Assembly (NCBI RefSeq): GCF_963853765.1
Contig: NC_088854.1
Coordinates: 39,494,001-39,558,000, forward strand
Source: Magallana gigas
Lineage: Eukaryota
DNA length: 64,000 bases
Reading direction: 5' to 3'
Positions 62,854-64,000 of this stretch are shown one piece after another; the first letter of the stretch is position 1; every line of letters begins with the position of its first letter. The notes beneath the pieces were generated by a model. It did not search any database. It saw only the letters and a list, made by a program, of their open reading frames with translations, and was not told the DNA's origin. The translations under genes were made by a program, and so were the position numbers.

Positions 62854-63014
62854 TACTACAATATACAGGGTTATTTTCGCCCCGTGTTGCGTCTTGAATT
62901 TGCCCAGACACAGTTTTGTTTAAAGAGAGATCATTTGGGTCATTGGAATTCGCCCTCTGTCAACGAGGGCGAAATGGGGGGGGGGGGGGGGGAATCATTT
63001 CCCTGTATACAGTA
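62854..63014. mobile_element. Short MITE with TAC(TG)TATACAGGG-type inverted ends
   Basis: TACTACAATATACAGGGTTATTTTCGCCCC at the left and CATTTCCCTGTATACAGTA at the right. Confidence 0.5.
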
Positions 63015-64000
63015 TATATGTTTTTCAGTGTCTATGTTTGTGAAAATGTTGCAATCTTAACGTTTAGTTCAATAAAGTTCATCAGTGACGCGAATGACGT
63101 ACTGTTTAAGTACAAGCGGTGTTCGCATAAAATTGATATGCAAATTGAACATAACATAAACATGGTAATGTTTCATTGTACAGTTATTGAAAACTATTTC
63201 AATATAAGCAATAAGGTATTATTCTTTGAGTATTACATGGAGATAATTATGGTCAGGACGTGGTCTAATCGGCATTCTGGCTTTCTTGGATTTGATCTTG
63301 CTGGGTCCAGATTATGACCCCATAATACTAAAAGAATGATTCATTCTAAAAAAAATTTTGTTAATACAATCGACATTACGATTTCAAAGCGGTAGTTGTA
63401 TCAATTCATCAGTGTTTAAAAATAGTCAGTAGTATATGTATAAATTGTGATTTTGAAGGAAAGTAAGTTGGTTACCTTAAGCACAGATTGCATGAACATG
63501 TAGATAGTAGTCTTTATCAGTGATTATAAATACAACAAAGTCACCCAAAGATCAGCTCTTGCGTAATGGAAAGCCCGTCACAGACAGTTTAACCTTTTTA
63601 GTCTTATTTGATAAAAAAAAAATACTTAAAGTGCATATACATGTTCCCTAATTTTGTAACTACAAATAGATATTTAAATCCAAATACATATGTAGTTGAT
63701 TTAAAAAAAAACCCACATCTGTGCAGAAAAAAAACCCGGTAACAAAAAGTCCCAGATTTCTCTTTTATGTGACCCCTAGGCCTCTTTTAACACGAAAAAA
63801 TCGACAAGAGTGAAATTAAAATTATTATTGGATTTATGATAAAAAAAAAAGTAGGACGTCTTCTAAACATTTGACCCTCGCACAGTATTTATCAACATTA
63901 TCATCTACATGTAAGTACTAGTACTTCCATGGCGTTTTCAAAAATCACCGTAAAACATACTCTGTATTTTAAACAGCGTCTTTCAACCAGACGAAATAGA

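Overview
AT-rich eukaryotic genomic DNA, very probably a Crassostrea/Magallana oyster. This is inferred from Cg170-like satellite inside Helentron/pearl-type elements, frequent TACATGTA and bivalve-type gene families. I assembled six spliced genes by hand with phase-consistent splice sites: (1) the 3' part of a Mieap-domain protein (+); (2) a two-CRD C-type lectin membrane receptor with a mucin stalk (+); (3) cathepsin L (-); (4) a CA10-like carbonic anhydrase-related protein (+); (5) an AhpC/TSA (PRXL2/SelU-type) protein (+); (6) the 5' part of a secreted Ly6/three-finger-like Cys-rich protein (+). The main find is gene 5. It has an in-frame TGA in a UxxC redox motif and a well-formed type II SECIS in its 3' UTR, so it is a selenoprotein whose first exon the ORF track misses. 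Other notable points are two GC-AG introns, an unusual cathepsin S2 pocket, a CARP one residue short of a zinc triad, and a roughly 4-kb nested transposon stack with a 6-bp target duplication. All family assignments come from motif recognition, not database searches. Two N gaps (54729-54872, 55002-55172) limit what can be seen.
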